Of a stretch of 64,000 nt of DNA, positions 39,682 to 49,559 are shown in pieces. A program made the translations under genes and the position numbers. How positions within the stretch are numbered: position 1 is the stretch's first letter; the number at the start of each line of letters is the position of its first letter. Location: positions 62,001 through 126,000 of IMG/VR virus record IMGVR_UViG_3300009158_000031, one strand, 5' to 3'. The notes beneath the pieces are model-generated. The model was not told the DNA's origin. It did no database searches and saw nothing but the letters and a program-made list of their open reading frames with translations.

Positions 39682-41583
39682 ATGAGTCAAAAGTATTTGC
39701 TCGTATTGGAAAGATCTTCTTCTGAATTGGACATCAAAACAGAAGGTGACAATTACATCCTAGAAGGAATCTTTACAGAAATCGGCGTTAAAAACAAAAA
39801 CAATCGTATTTACGACGAAAAGGAAGTTCTTCCTCACATAGATGAACTTCTTCAAAAAGTAAAAGGAAGTAAACTTTTAGGTGAATTAGATCATCCTAAA
39901 TCTTTTGAAGTTTCTTTAAAAAATGCTTCTCATGTTATTGAAGCTTTAGATTACGACAAAAACACTAAGAAGGTAATGGGAAGAATCCGTTTACTTAATA
40001 CTAGTGCTGGAAAAGAAGCAAAGGCTCTGGTTGATGCTGGTATTCCTTTACACATTTCTAGTCGTGCTGCTGGAGTGGTTGAAAGTAATGGTCACGTTAA
40101 AATCAAAAAAATGTTTACTTACGATTTAGTTGCAGATCCTGGATTTGCTAATGCTGAATTATCAAGAGTAAATGAAGCATTTGGATTTGAAATGGATGAT
40201 ACATTAGGTCTTTACGAAATGCCTTATAGTGCTAAATTAGCCGAGTCTTTCGAAGATCACGAAAAAATTGATGAAAACAAACAAACTCAAAACATAAACA
40301 AATCTTCAAAAATGAATAATACAACAGAGAACATATCAGTTGAAGATTTTAACGAATATACAAAAATCGTTAAAAACGAAATTGAAAATCTTAAAAAACA
40401 AATCGCTGAAAGTAACACTGATTCTGTAACTGAAAGTACTGAATCATTAGTTAAGTACACTGAAACTATTGCCAAACGAGTAAATCAAATCCAAGAAAAT
40501 TTAGGATCTTTAAAAGAGAACTTCGATCATTTGATATCTCACAATGATTACATCGTAGAAAACCTTGAAAAGGTTAAAGATTACGCTGAAATGGTTGGCG
40601 AAAAATCAAATCAAGGAATTAACTACTCAGAAAAACTTGCTGAATCGGTTGACCACTTAATTGAATATACTAAAATGGTTGCTGAAAAAGCAGATAGTGG
40701 AATTTCTTACACTGAAAGAATTGCTGAATCTGTTGATTCTTCGATCGAATATCAAAATCATGTTGCTAAAGAAGTTAATGAGCGTTTTGCTTATCAAACT
40801 TACATCAATGAACAAGTTGACAATATCATTTCACATACCGATTATATCGTTGAAGGTTGTGATTCAATTATTAAGTACAGTGAGTACCTAAAAGAGAATC
40901 AAGCAAGCTTAACCGGTTATATGGATTATGTTGTTAAAGGTCTTAACGAAGGTACTTCTAATAACGATCCATCCGATAATAACAAATCTGAAAATGCAAA
41001 CGAAGATGATACTAAAGTAAATGAAAATGCTGAAGCTATCAATTCAACTGAAAGTGCTGATGATTTTGAAAATGAAATTAACTCTAGAGTTGATGCTATT
41101 TTAGAATCTGCTAAATCCCAAAAAGATGAAGAGAAAAAATCTAAAATGCATTTCTTTAATTTCTTAGCTGAATCTAAAAGAAACGAATTTGAATCTTTAA
41201 CTGCTGAAGTTCAAGAAAAAATTGTTGATCTTTTCGAAAATACTAAATGGTACGGATCAATTGATGCTAATAACATCTGGGAATCTGCTTTCACTAAACC
41301 AGTTGCTAAAAATGATTGGTTAGCTAATATGCCAAATCGTTATAACGAAGCTTGGAATTCTTTAAACGAATCTCAAAAGAATGCTATTAAAGCTCAAGCA
41401 TCAGTAAGAGTTCTTAGTACACAATATCAAATCGATTCATTTTGGTCTTCAAGAGATTTAAGAGTTTCTAAAGTAGAATCAACTGAACCGGTTGCTCCTA
41501 TTAACGAATCTTCTAAGTATGAAACTCCTCAAGATTATATGGATACTGTTGCTGCTGAATTAAAACGTAGATTCAAAAGATAA
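39682..41583 (+). CDS. 21: prohead protease (gp21) fused to scaffold/core region (gp22-like)
   Basis: LEGIF, NRIY, LGELDHP, ISSRAAG, YDLVADPGF, followed by ~450 aa of acidic coiled-coil with many xxE sites. Confidence 0.9.
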   Translation: MSQKYLLVLERSSSELDIKTEGDNYILEGIFTEIGVKNKNNRIYDEKEVLPHIDELLQKVKGSKLLGELDHPKSFEVSLKNASHVIEALDYDKNTKKVMGRIRLLNTSAGKEAKALVDAGIPLHISSRAAGVVESNGHVKIKKMFTYDLVADPGFANAELSRVNEAFGFEMDDTLGLYEMPYSAKLAESFEDHEKIDENKQTQNINKSSKMNNTTENISVEDFNEYTKIVKNEIENLKKQIAESNTDSVTESTESLVKYTETIAKRVNQIQENLGSLKENFDHLISHNDYIVENLEKVKDYAEMVGEKSNQGINYSEKLAESVDHLIEYTKMVAEKADSGISYTERIAESVDSSIEYQNHVAKEVNERFAYQTYINEQVDNIISHTDYIVEGCDSIIKYSEYLKENQASLTGYMDYVVKGLNEGTSNNDPSDNNKSENANEDDTKVNENAEAINSTESADDFENEINSRVDAILESAKSQKDEEKKSKMHFFNFLAESKRNEFESLTAEVQEKIVDLFENTKWYGSIDANNIWESAFTKPVAKNDWLANMPNRYNEAWNSLNESQKNAIKAQASVRVLSTQYQIDSFWSSRDLRVSKVESTEPVAPINESSKYETPQDYMDTVAAELKRRFKR

Positions 41584-41691
41584 AATATCCAAGAGATCAT
41601 AGATAAATAGATTATAATATTCCACCACACTAAGATGCAAAAAGTGTAACGGAAAACTAAACAATAAAACAACAAAATAAAACATTTAAAA

Positions 41692-43302
41692 ATGTACTTA
41701 ATTAACGAAAGTGAAATTTTTTCAAAATGGGCTCCAATTATCGAGTCTAATACTGGAATCACTGAGCGTGCTAGAGTTGAGTGGATGTCAAAATATTGCC
41801 ATAACCACGAATTATATGAGAACAACTCATATGCACAACTAGGCGCTGTGAACGGTATGGGTGCTACTCGTTTCCCTGGAAACCCTGGTACTCAAGATGC
41901 TTTTGCTACATCCACTTCTGGATCTGGTGATAAAGCTCACACATTGCTACCTCTTGCTATGCAAGTTGCAGCTCAAACAATCGGATTGGATTTAGTTCCA
42001 GTCGTGCCAATGCCTGGTCCAATGGGTGTATTAACTTACTTGGATTTCGTATATGCTGGTGGTAAAACTGCTGGTACTGGTGCTGATGTTCCTTTAATGG
42101 TTAAATTAGACTACGGTTCTAACACTATCCCTTCATTTACTGTAGGTGGTTCTGGTGCTTCTGGTGGTGCTACTTTCTACATGGTAGGATCTTCTCGTTT
42201 GGATGGTAATCCAATCTTACGTGTTGCTGGAACTTTAACTGGTTCTAACACAATCAAAGATTGTTTAACTAACATCACAATCGGTGGTGCTTCTGCTGGA
42301 ACTGTTACTAACTATTCTATCGAATTAGTTAAAGCTTTAGAAGATCACATCACTGGATTCTCTGGTAATGCTCTTGCTAACAACGATTACACTGGATTTG
42401 ATATTAACGATCCATATTCTCGTAACGACGGTGAAAGTACTACAGATAACGTAATGAACTTAAGTCTATTCAACAAATCAGTTGAAGCTAAGACTTTCCA
42501 AGTTGCTGCTGCTGTTACTCGTGAGCAAGTTCAAGACTTGAAACAATTTGGTATTGATGCAGTTTCTCAAGTAGAAGCAGTTCTTATCAATGAGTTAACT
42601 CAATCAATTAACAAGAACATCCTTGGACGTATCTTCGCTTTAGGAGAAAGAAACCACGAATACGTAATCCGTACTCAAGGTCAAAACTTCTTCTTGAACT
42701 TAGGTGCTACTGCCCTTTTAGTTTCTAACTCTGCGTCAGCAACTAACTTCGGTTCATTTATCCAATCAACTACTTTACGTGGTGCTACAATGGCTGCTAC
42801 TGAAAACGTTAACTCTGCTTCAGAAAACATGCATACTCGTCAACGTAAAATTATGTCTAAAGTATTAGCTATCGCTAACTTAATCGCTATTAGAGGTCGT
42901 CGTGGACCAGCTACTTTCGTAGTTACTAACGGTCAAGTTTGTTCAGCTTTACAAGACGTTGCTGGTTTCGTACCTGCTCCAATGGCTAACACAATTAACC
43001 AAATGAGTGGTTCACTTTATCCTATCGGTACTTTAGCTGGTATGGCAGTGTACAACGATCCTAACATGAACTGGGCAGATACTCGTTTCTGCGTAGGTCG
43101 TAAAGGTGACGGTAACTCTCCAGGATTAGTATTCATGCCTTATTTAATGGCTGAAAGCGTTCAAACTATCGCTGAAGGTACTATGGCTCCTAAAGTTGCG
43201 GTTAAATCTCGTTATGCTTTAGTTGAAGCTGGTTTCCACCCAGAAACTATGTACTTAACTTCAGGTGTATCTTTAAGTGCTACATTCGGTTCTTTAGTAT
43301 AA
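41692..43302 (+). CDS. 23: major capsid protein (gp23)
   Basis: KWAPII, VPVVPMPGPMG, EQVQDLK..GIDA, INELTQSINK, PYL, KSRYAL. Confidence 0.95.
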   Translation: MYLINESEIFSKWAPIIESNTGITERARVEWMSKYCHNHELYENNSYAQLGAVNGMGATRFPGNPGTQDAFATSTSGSGDKAHTLLPLAMQVAAQTIGLDLVPVVPMPGPMGVLTYLDFVYAGGKTAGTGADVPLMVKLDYGSNTIPSFTVGGSGASGGATFYMVGSSRLDGNPILRVAGTLTGSNTIKDCLTNITIGGASAGTVTNYSIELVKALEDHITGFSGNALANNDYTGFDINDPYSRNDGESTTDNVMNLSLFNKSVEAKTFQVAAAVTREQVQDLKQFGIDAVSQVEAVLINELTQSINKNILGRIFALGERNHEYVIRTQGQNFFLNLGATALLVSNSASATNFGSFIQSTTLRGATMAATENVNSASENMHTRQRKIMSKVLAIANLIAIRGRRGPATFVVTNGQVCSALQDVAGFVPAPMANTINQMSGSLYPIGTLAGMAVYNDPNMNWADTRFCVGRKGDGNSPGLVFMPYLMAESVQTIAEGTMAPKVAVKSRYALVEAGFHPETMYLTSGVSLSATFGSLV

Positions 43303-43336
43303 TCCTAAAAAGATTAACTAATCTAACTATAAAATT

Positions 43337-43366
43337 AAAGAGCTTCCTTCGGGAAGCTCTTTTTTT
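43337..43366 (+). terminator. strong intrinsic terminator with C(UUCG)G loop after the capsid gene
   Basis: AAAGAGCTTCC-TTCG-GGAAGCTC-TTTTTTT. Confidence 0.95.
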
Positions 43367-43417
43367 GTTTGTAGCTTTTGCATGAATATATAAATAAAAT
43401 ACGATCATATAATTGAA

Positions 43418-44041
43418 ATGATATATCCCAGTCAAGCCATTCAAATTAGACCAGATCTAATAGAATACCGAGAACTTTGTTCAAAATTTGGTTATCAACC
43501 AAGCAAAGAAGAATATGAGGAGACTCTTAAATTTCTTTTATTATTTCATACTGGAATAGGCCATACATGTGAATCTAGTGAAGTAGATTTTTTCTATGAA
43601 AATATGGATATGCATCTTCTAGAAAATAATGTTAATGAATCTCTTTTTGAATCCGCTTTAATAGCAGAAGATTCAAACACCGTTGCCGATGTCGCAAAAG
43701 AGAAAGATGCGGCATTAGGACTTGTAGCTGCTGCCGGTGTTGGTGCTGCTGGTGCAGTGGCTGGTGCTGGAGCATTAGCAGTAGTTGGAGTAGTGAAAGT
43801 TGGAGGACTTATTCAATATCTATTTAAAAAAGGTAAAGTAAAAAGTGCTGCAAAAGCAGAACTTGGAGTTGCTATGAAAAAATTAGAACCTTATCAAGAG
43901 ATATACAAGATAAAAAAGGAATTGGCTACTCTTAAAGGAGAAGAATTCACTGGATTATCTTCGTTACCTGGAATGCCATCTGCTCCAGGATCACCTGCCG
44001 AGAAAAAATCTGCTCCTGCTCCTGCCTCTAAAAAGAAATAA
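43418..44041 (+). CDS. hypothetical protein with Ala/Gly/Val-rich hydrophobic stretch
   Basis: LGLVAAAGVGAAGAVAGAGALAVVGVV; VNES and IAE sites. Confidence 0.6.
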   Translation: MIYPSQAIQIRPDLIEYRELCSKFGYQPSKEEYEETLKFLLLFHTGIGHTCESSEVDFFYENMDMHLLENNVNESLFESALIAEDSNTVADVAKEKDAALGLVAAAGVGAAGAVAGAGALAVVGVVKVGGLIQYLFKKGKVKSAAKAELGVAMKKLEPYQEIYKIKKELATLKGEEFTGLSSLPGMPSAPGSPAEKKSAPAPASKKK

Positions 44042-44060
44042 TACCAAAAAGATAATATAC

Positions 44061-46646
44061 ATGATGACTAAAAATCTAGAAAATCTTATAAGAGACGAGT
44101 ATTTAATTGCTCTATATGAAAAACAAATATTAGAAAATTTTGATAGTGCTGAGGTAGAAACCTTATTTTCTGAATTTGTTTTAAATATATCAGAACATTT
44201 TAACTTATCTATAGATGAAGATGCAACAATAGAAGATGTTATGGAAGCATTTTCAGATTGGGATCTTTCTGATAACGAAACGTATCAAGAGCTTATTGAG
44301 GCAGTTAAAAGAAAACCTCGAGCTAAAAGAAAACCTGCTAGGCCGGCTGCCAAGAAACCTGCTGCTAAGAAACCGGCACCTAAACCTAAGGCAAAATCGG
44401 ATGCCAAACCAAAACCGGATGCTAAACCAAAAGCCGAGGCAAAGCCAAAAGCGGAAGAGAAACCTAAAGGAGAAGAAAAACCTAAAGGTGAAGAAAAACC
44501 TAAATCTAATCCAGAAGCAGATGCTAAAAAGATAGAAAAGATTAATGCAGAAAAGAAGAAGATTGACGATGAGTCTAAATCGATATCTCAACAATTAGAA
44601 ACCGAGAAAGATACAGATAAAAAAGGTGAATTAGAAGCAAAGAAAAAAGGTCTTAGAGCTGATTCCGCTATGTTATTAGCAAGTAAAAAGAAACTTGAAG
44701 GTGCTGATGATGCAAAAGAGGCATCTCAAATAGCTAAGGCTAAATCTGATGCTGCTAAAAATTACGATGAGTATATAAAGATCAAACAGCAAATATCTAA
44801 ATTAGGTGAATCTGCTAATGAAGCAGAAGAATTAACTCCGGCTACTCCTGCTACTCCAGCTGCTCCTATTGCTGCTGATCCCAAGATTAAAGAAGAAAAA
44901 GAAAAACTTGAAGCTGCTGCGAAAGTTGCACTTATTGCTTCATTAGAAGGAGATTTAGCTGCCGCTAAAATCGGAATAACCACTGCTACACCTGAAAGTA
45001 AAGCAGCTGCCCAATTAACTCATGATAATCTTGTAAAGAAAATAGAAGATTTAAAAAAGGATTCTGGTGGAACTCCAGCAACCGAAGAAAAACCTAAAGT
45101 AGATCCTGAAGCAGTCAAAGCTGCAGAAGCTAAAGTAAAAACTGCAACCGAAGCTAAAACCAATGCTGAAAAAGCATTAGCCGATAATAAGGATGAAACT
45201 AAAACCGAAGAATTAAAGAAAGCAGTTGCAGATGAAGATATTAAAGTTAAGGCTGCTGAAGGAGAATTAACTAAAGCTAAAGGTGAAGATGTAAAAACTC
45301 CTGGAACTGAAGAAAAACCTAAAGTAGATCCTGAAGCAGTCAAAGCTGCAGAAGCTGAAGTTGAAAAGGCTAAAACCGCACTTAAAACAGCAACTGAAGC
45401 TAAGGCTGCTCTAAAATCAGATGCAACTCCTGAAGAGAAGACTAAGGCAGAAACCGAAGTCACTAATGCTCAAACGGCTTTAGATACTGCAAATACGAAC
45501 TTAACTAAAGCTAAAGGTGAAGATGTAAAAACCCCTAAAAAAGGAGAAACTGAAGTTGATCAGGCTGCTATTGATTCCGCAAAGAAGAAAGTTGAAGAAG
45601 CTACAAAGGCACTTGAAACCGCAAAAGCGGCTAAGGCTGCTTTAAAATCAGACGCAACCGAAGAAGAAAAAGCTGCTGCCGAAACTGCCATTACTAATGC
45701 TCAAACGGCTTTAGAAACGGCAAACGGTGAATTGACTAAAGCTGAAGGTGCTGGAAAATCCGTAAAAAAAGAAGATCCAGCAAAACCTGCTAAAAATGTT
45801 TCACCTGAAGATAAAGCCAAAATAGAAAAATTAGAAGCTAGAGCAAAAGCTTTAGAAGAAGATATTGATCAGAAATCAGATATTAATGATGAGCAATTCG
45901 ATGCATTAGGGCAGAAAAGTAATGAAATTGCTGGAGATAATGGTATGCTTAAAAATCTCTTAACTAAAATCAGATTAGAAAACACTATAGAATATAATAA
46001 CATGAGACTTAAATTGTCTAGTGATAAAGATTCCGAAAAAATTGAGGATCAAAACAAAACAGCAGAAAAAACAATCGCTAAAGCAGACGCTAATCTTACG
46101 GATGCCGAATCTCAATCTTCTGAGGATGCAGAAAAAAATGCAACTCCAGAACAAAAGGCGGAATTAAAGAAAGCCCAAGAAGCAGCGGCTAAAGAGGCTG
46201 CTAAAGGTGGTGAAGGTGGAGAAGAAGATACCGAAGCTAAATTTGCTGCTCAAAAGAAAGAAAGAGAAGCAGCCGAAAAAGCCTCTCAAGGAAAAGGTAG
46301 AGATGCTGATATAGAAGCAGTTGGTGATACTCAAGCAGCAAAAGAGAAAGATTTTAAAATAAAATCATTAGATAAGAAAGTTAGTGCTATATCTGTTGCT
46401 TGGCAAAAAATGCAAGATGAAGCTAGTAAAGCAGAAGGTGACGATAAACCTAAAAAAGAAAAAGCCGCTGCTGCAATTGAAGCCAATCTTAATAAAGCAA
46501 AAGAAGAATTAACCGCATTAAAAGGAGGAACTCCTAAGCCTAATGAATCTCTTAATGATTTTGACTCACAAATCTGGGCAATCGAATTTATTCTAGAGAG
46601 AATCAATCAACAAATGGAAGAATATCAATTCTTAATTAATGAATAA
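44061..46646 (+). CDS. 861-aa Lys/Ala/Glu-rich repetitive protein
   Basis: KP-rich linker, repeated EEKPKVDPEAVKAAEA and TNAQTAL.TAN..LTKA.G units. Confidence 0.8.
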   Translation: MMTKNLENLIRDEYLIALYEKQILENFDSAEVETLFSEFVLNISEHFNLSIDEDATIEDVMEAFSDWDLSDNETYQELIEAVKRKPRAKRKPARPAAKKPAAKKPAPKPKAKSDAKPKPDAKPKAEAKPKAEEKPKGEEKPKGEEKPKSNPEADAKKIEKINAEKKKIDDESKSISQQLETEKDTDKKGELEAKKKGLRADSAMLLASKKKLEGADDAKEASQIAKAKSDAAKNYDEYIKIKQQISKLGESANEAEELTPATPATPAAPIAADPKIKEEKEKLEAAAKVALIASLEGDLAAAKIGITTATPESKAAAQLTHDNLVKKIEDLKKDSGGTPATEEKPKVDPEAVKAAEAKVKTATEAKTNAEKALADNKDETKTEELKKAVADEDIKVKAAEGELTKAKGEDVKTPGTEEKPKVDPEAVKAAEAEVEKAKTALKTATEAKAALKSDATPEEKTKAETEVTNAQTALDTANTNLTKAKGEDVKTPKKGETEVDQAAIDSAKKKVEEATKALETAKAAKAALKSDATEEEKAAAETAITNAQTALETANGELTKAEGAGKSVKKEDPAKPAKNVSPEDKAKIEKLEARAKALEEDIDQKSDINDEQFDALGQKSNEIAGDNGMLKNLLTKIRLENTIEYNNMRLKLSSDKDSEKIEDQNKTAEKTIAKADANLTDAESQSSEDAEKNATPEQKAELKKAQEAAAKEAAKGGEGGEEDTEAKFAAQKKEREAAEKASQGKGRDADIEAVGDTQAAKEKDFKIKSLDKKVSAISVAWQKMQDEASKAEGDDKPKKEKAAAAIEANLNKAKEELTALKGGTPKPNESLNDFDSQIWAIEFILERINQQMEEYQFLINE
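45084..45356 (+). repeat. exact 48-nt intragenic direct repeat (45084-45131 and 45309-45356)
   Basis: GAAGAAAAACCTAAAGTAGATCCTGAAGCAGTCAAAGCTGCAGAAGCT occurs twice. Confidence 0.9.
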
Positions 46647-47134
46647 TGGAAATATTTAGACAAAATCTAGGTAAACGTCCAACGAAGTTCGGTATCGTTC
46701 TCGATCGATTAAAACCTAGATATCAAAAAATATTGAAGAAGAATCCCATCATTCGTAATTATTCTACGGATGATAGGCTTCTTAAATGTATCTTCAAAAT
46801 AGAAGATCGATTAATACAAGTATCACATCTAAAAAGAGTTTTTATCGAACCTAAAAGTGGAGAAATATCTTCATTTAAAATCATCAGGGAATCATATCAT
46901 CAATTTGATTGGAATTGTACTTTTTGCAATAAACCTATCAAATCTCGTATAGATAATTATGAACCAGGAAACTTTACTTGCATGAAATGCGAGAATACAT
47001 ATATTAAAGGAACTCGAAAAATTCCAAGAAGAATTATCGAGGAATCTTTGAGATTCACAGAACATGTGAAAACCTTAATGAAAGAAGATCAAAAGAAAAT
47101 TATAAAATATATCAAGAAAAATGATGAATCTTAA
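46646..47134 (+). CDS. basic Zn-ribbon hypothetical protein
   Basis: CTFC..CMKC. Confidence 0.6.
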   Translation: MEIFRQNLGKRPTKFGIVLDRLKPRYQKILKKNPIIRNYSTDDRLLKCIFKIEDRLIQVSHLKRVFIEPKSGEISSFKIIRESYHQFDWNCTFCNKPIKSRIDNYEPGNFTCMKCENTYIKGTRKIPRRIIEESLRFTEHVKTLMKEDQKKIIKYIKKNDES

Positions 47135-48626
47135 ATACTTCAGTGATTTTGTTAACGAAGCAAAAACCACTGACGCAAAAACTGTTAAAAATCCGAGAGT
47201 TAAATTAGTACTTCTAACAAATGCTAGTAAAGAATCTCATACAGTTCCTACCTTTGCAGCCGAATGTAAAAAAATGGGTGCTGAATTTATCGTTATTGAT
47301 ATTAGTACAGCAATGATTGCCGAAACCAAAGATGGTAATTTTCTAATCAGTGATAAAGAAAATCCCAAAGGTCTTAAAATCAATGCTGATAATACCGCAA
47401 TTCTTACTCGTCGTGGAGTTGTTAGAAATACTTATACAAAATCTCTAGTTGAAAAACTTCAAGATAATAACTTCTTTGTGGTTAATACTCTTGAAGCTAT
47501 TATGGCTTGCGAAAACAAATATGTTACTACTAAAATCCTTAAAGAAGCTGGAATTCCAGTTCCTAAAACTGCAATCGTTGATGGAGAAGATTCTATTGAT
47601 AGAGCGGTTAAAGATATTGGTGGTAAATTTCCAGTAGTATGTAAGATACTTTCCGGATCTCAAGGAATTGGAGTTTCTATCGTTGATTCTCTTGCTTCTC
47701 TTAAATCAGTTCTACAAACCATTTGGAAAGTGGATCCTTCAGTTGAAATCTTGATTCAAGAGAAAATTGAATCTGAATATGATTTAAGAATACACGTTTT
47801 GACGAGAAAATTCAACTCGCCAACACCAGAAGATACAGATTCAGTACTTCTTGGTTATATGAGAAGAAATCGTGTTAAAAAAGACTTCCGTACCAATTAC
47901 TCATTAGGAGGAACTGTTGAAAAAACTAAAGTAACTCCAGAACAAGAAAAAATTGCTATCGAATCAGCTAAGGCGGTTGGTTGCAATTGGTGTGGTGTGG
48001 ATATTATTGTAGATAAGAAAACTGGAAAAAATTACGTACTTGAAGTTAATGCTTCTCCCGGAACTACCGGATTAAAGAAAGCAACTGGAGTTAACGTGGT
48101 TAAAGATATCGTTCAATTCTTAATGGATAAAACCAATTGGATTCGTTCTAGAAAACGTGTTGGATTCCGTGAAGTTATTACAATTCCTAATATTGGAGAT
48201 ATGGTTGCTAAATTTGATACCGGTAATGGATCTCTTTCATGCACAATCACTTATGATAAATTAGATGTAAATGAGAAAGAGAAGATTGTTAAATGGACAC
48301 TTGGTGGAAGAGATTTTGAATCTAAATTTGTAGGATTCACTGAAACTGAAGTAGGTGATACTATCGAGAAACGTCCTGTTATCGAAATGGATATTCAATT
48401 TGCTGGTAAAGTTTATAAGAAAGTTCAAGTTGCATTAGATGATCGCTCAACCAAGAGTACTAAATTCCTTGTGAATCGTAAATTCATGGAGAGAATTGGT
48501 TGTTCCGTTGATCCAATGAGAACCTTCATCGTATCCTCATTCCCAGTAGCTTATCATGGTGGAGAAGCGAAGAAAGAGCCACATGCCGGAATTATTTTCG
48601 AATGGGATAAAAAGAAAACTAAATAA
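47121..48626 (+). CDS. RimK-family ATP-grasp ligase fused to a retropepsin-like protease domain
   Basis: NKYVTTKIL..GIPVPKT, GSQGIGV, QEKI..DLR, FRTNYSLGG, GVDII..LEVNASPG; then AKFDTGNG and LVNRKFM. Confidence 0.85.
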   Translation: MMNLKYFSDFVNEAKTTDAKTVKNPRVKLVLLTNASKESHTVPTFAAECKKMGAEFIVIDISTAMIAETKDGNFLISDKENPKGLKINADNTAILTRRGVVRNTYTKSLVEKLQDNNFFVVNTLEAIMACENKYVTTKILKEAGIPVPKTAIVDGEDSIDRAVKDIGGKFPVVCKILSGSQGIGVSIVDSLASLKSVLQTIWKVDPSVEILIQEKIESEYDLRIHVLTRKFNSPTPEDTDSVLLGYMRRNRVKKDFRTNYSLGGTVEKTKVTPEQEKIAIESAKAVGCNWCGVDIIVDKKTGKNYVLEVNASPGTTGLKKATGVNVVKDIVQFLMDKTNWIRSRKRVGFREVITIPNIGDMVAKFDTGNGSLSCTITYDKLDVNEKEKIVKWTLGGRDFESKFVGFTETEVGDTIEKRPVIEMDIQFAGKVYKKVQVALDDRSTKSTKFLVNRKFMERIGCSVDPMRTFIVSSFPVAYHGGEAKKEPHAGIIFEWDKKKTK

Positions 48627-49084
48627 TGGCACTTCCTAGTAGCGGTGCAATTGGATTAGATGCCATATATACAGAATTAAGTGGAGGTAATCAACGTCCA
48701 CGTACAGGAATAAGTCTTAAATTTGCATCTATTGGAACTTATGTCGCAATTAATCCAAATAGTGGACATAAACCAAATGAAGTTGCTCCTTTTAGTATTA
48801 GCTCTTGGTATTCATACGATCAAACGGCTTCTGCCGCATATAGTTATACTTTTGGTGATGGACCATTTCCATTTCCTGGTAGAGCTTGTGCATTTGGTCC
48901 AGGTATTGGAACTCAAACGCTTTTCTCAGCAGATTCAGAAATAACTTTTGGAACCATCCTATATACGGATCAAGAATTAACCTCTGCTTTTGCTGGAATG
49001 AGCCAATGGTGGTACCGTACCAATTATTCAGTTTATCAAATTGATAATGGAGGATCCGTCCAAGATATTTCAACCTGTGATTAA
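48626..49084 (+). CDS. putative virion fibre/decoration protein
   Basis: MALPSSGAIGL start typical of phage fibre-type proteins; C-terminal GTILYTDQELT resembles the end of 5149..6426. Confidence 0.5.
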   Translation: MALPSSGAIGLDAIYTELSGGNQRPRTGISLKFASIGTYVAINPNSGHKPNEVAPFSISSWYSYDQTASAAYSYTFGDGPFPFPGRACAFGPGIGTQTLFSADSEITFGTILYTDQELTSAFAGMSQWWYRTNYSVYQIDNGGSVQDISTCD

Positions 49085-49108
49085 TTCAATAAACTTAATT
49101 TTTTGTTT

Positions 49109-49134
49109 AAAAGAGATCATCAGGTGATCTCTTT
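49109..49134 (+). terminator. hairpin/probable terminator at the end of the late block
   Basis: AAAGAGATCA-TCAGG-TGATCTCTTT. Confidence 0.6.
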
Positions 49135-49237
49135 ATTCCCATGTGGTATTATATAAAAGAGATCTTAAAGTATCTTAGATGATCTCTCGGATACTCCTCT
49201 ATACAATAGAGAATCCTCTAGTTAATTAACACCAAAA

Positions 49238-49303
49238 TGTTAATAAGTTTTGAAAAATAATTGACTAAAAATTTTTTTATTCCACTTATTTGTATTATAT
49301 TTG
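49238..49303 (+). promoter_or_regulatory. early promoter cassette copy 1
   Basis: TGTTAATAA...TTTTTTTATTCC...TATTATATTTG (Bacteroidota TAnnTTTG box). Confidence 0.8.
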
Positions 49304-49326
49304 TTATAACCAATTAATATAAACAT

Positions 49327-49521
49327 ATGAAATTAACTATCGATCTTAAATTCTTCGCTTACTTCGTAATTGCATTTCTCGTTTCCTTTTCAATCGTCTC
49401 AGGATTTGCACAAAGGTACATTCATTTTGCTGCCGTGGAAAACGAAATGGCTTGCTTCACACTTTCTTCTACTATGGCCGTAATTTGTTTATTTGCCTCT
49501 TTCGAACGAGTAAAAAAGTAA
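49327..49521 (+). CDS. small two-helix membrane protein
   Basis: Hydrophobic ORF directly after the early promoter. Confidence 0.55.
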   Translation: MKLTIDLKFFAYFVIAFLVSFSIVSGFAQRYIHFAAVENEMACFTLSSTMAVICLFASFERVKK

Positions 49522-49559
49522 TTTGTCAATCATATAATTAAAACAATTCAAATCTTAAT

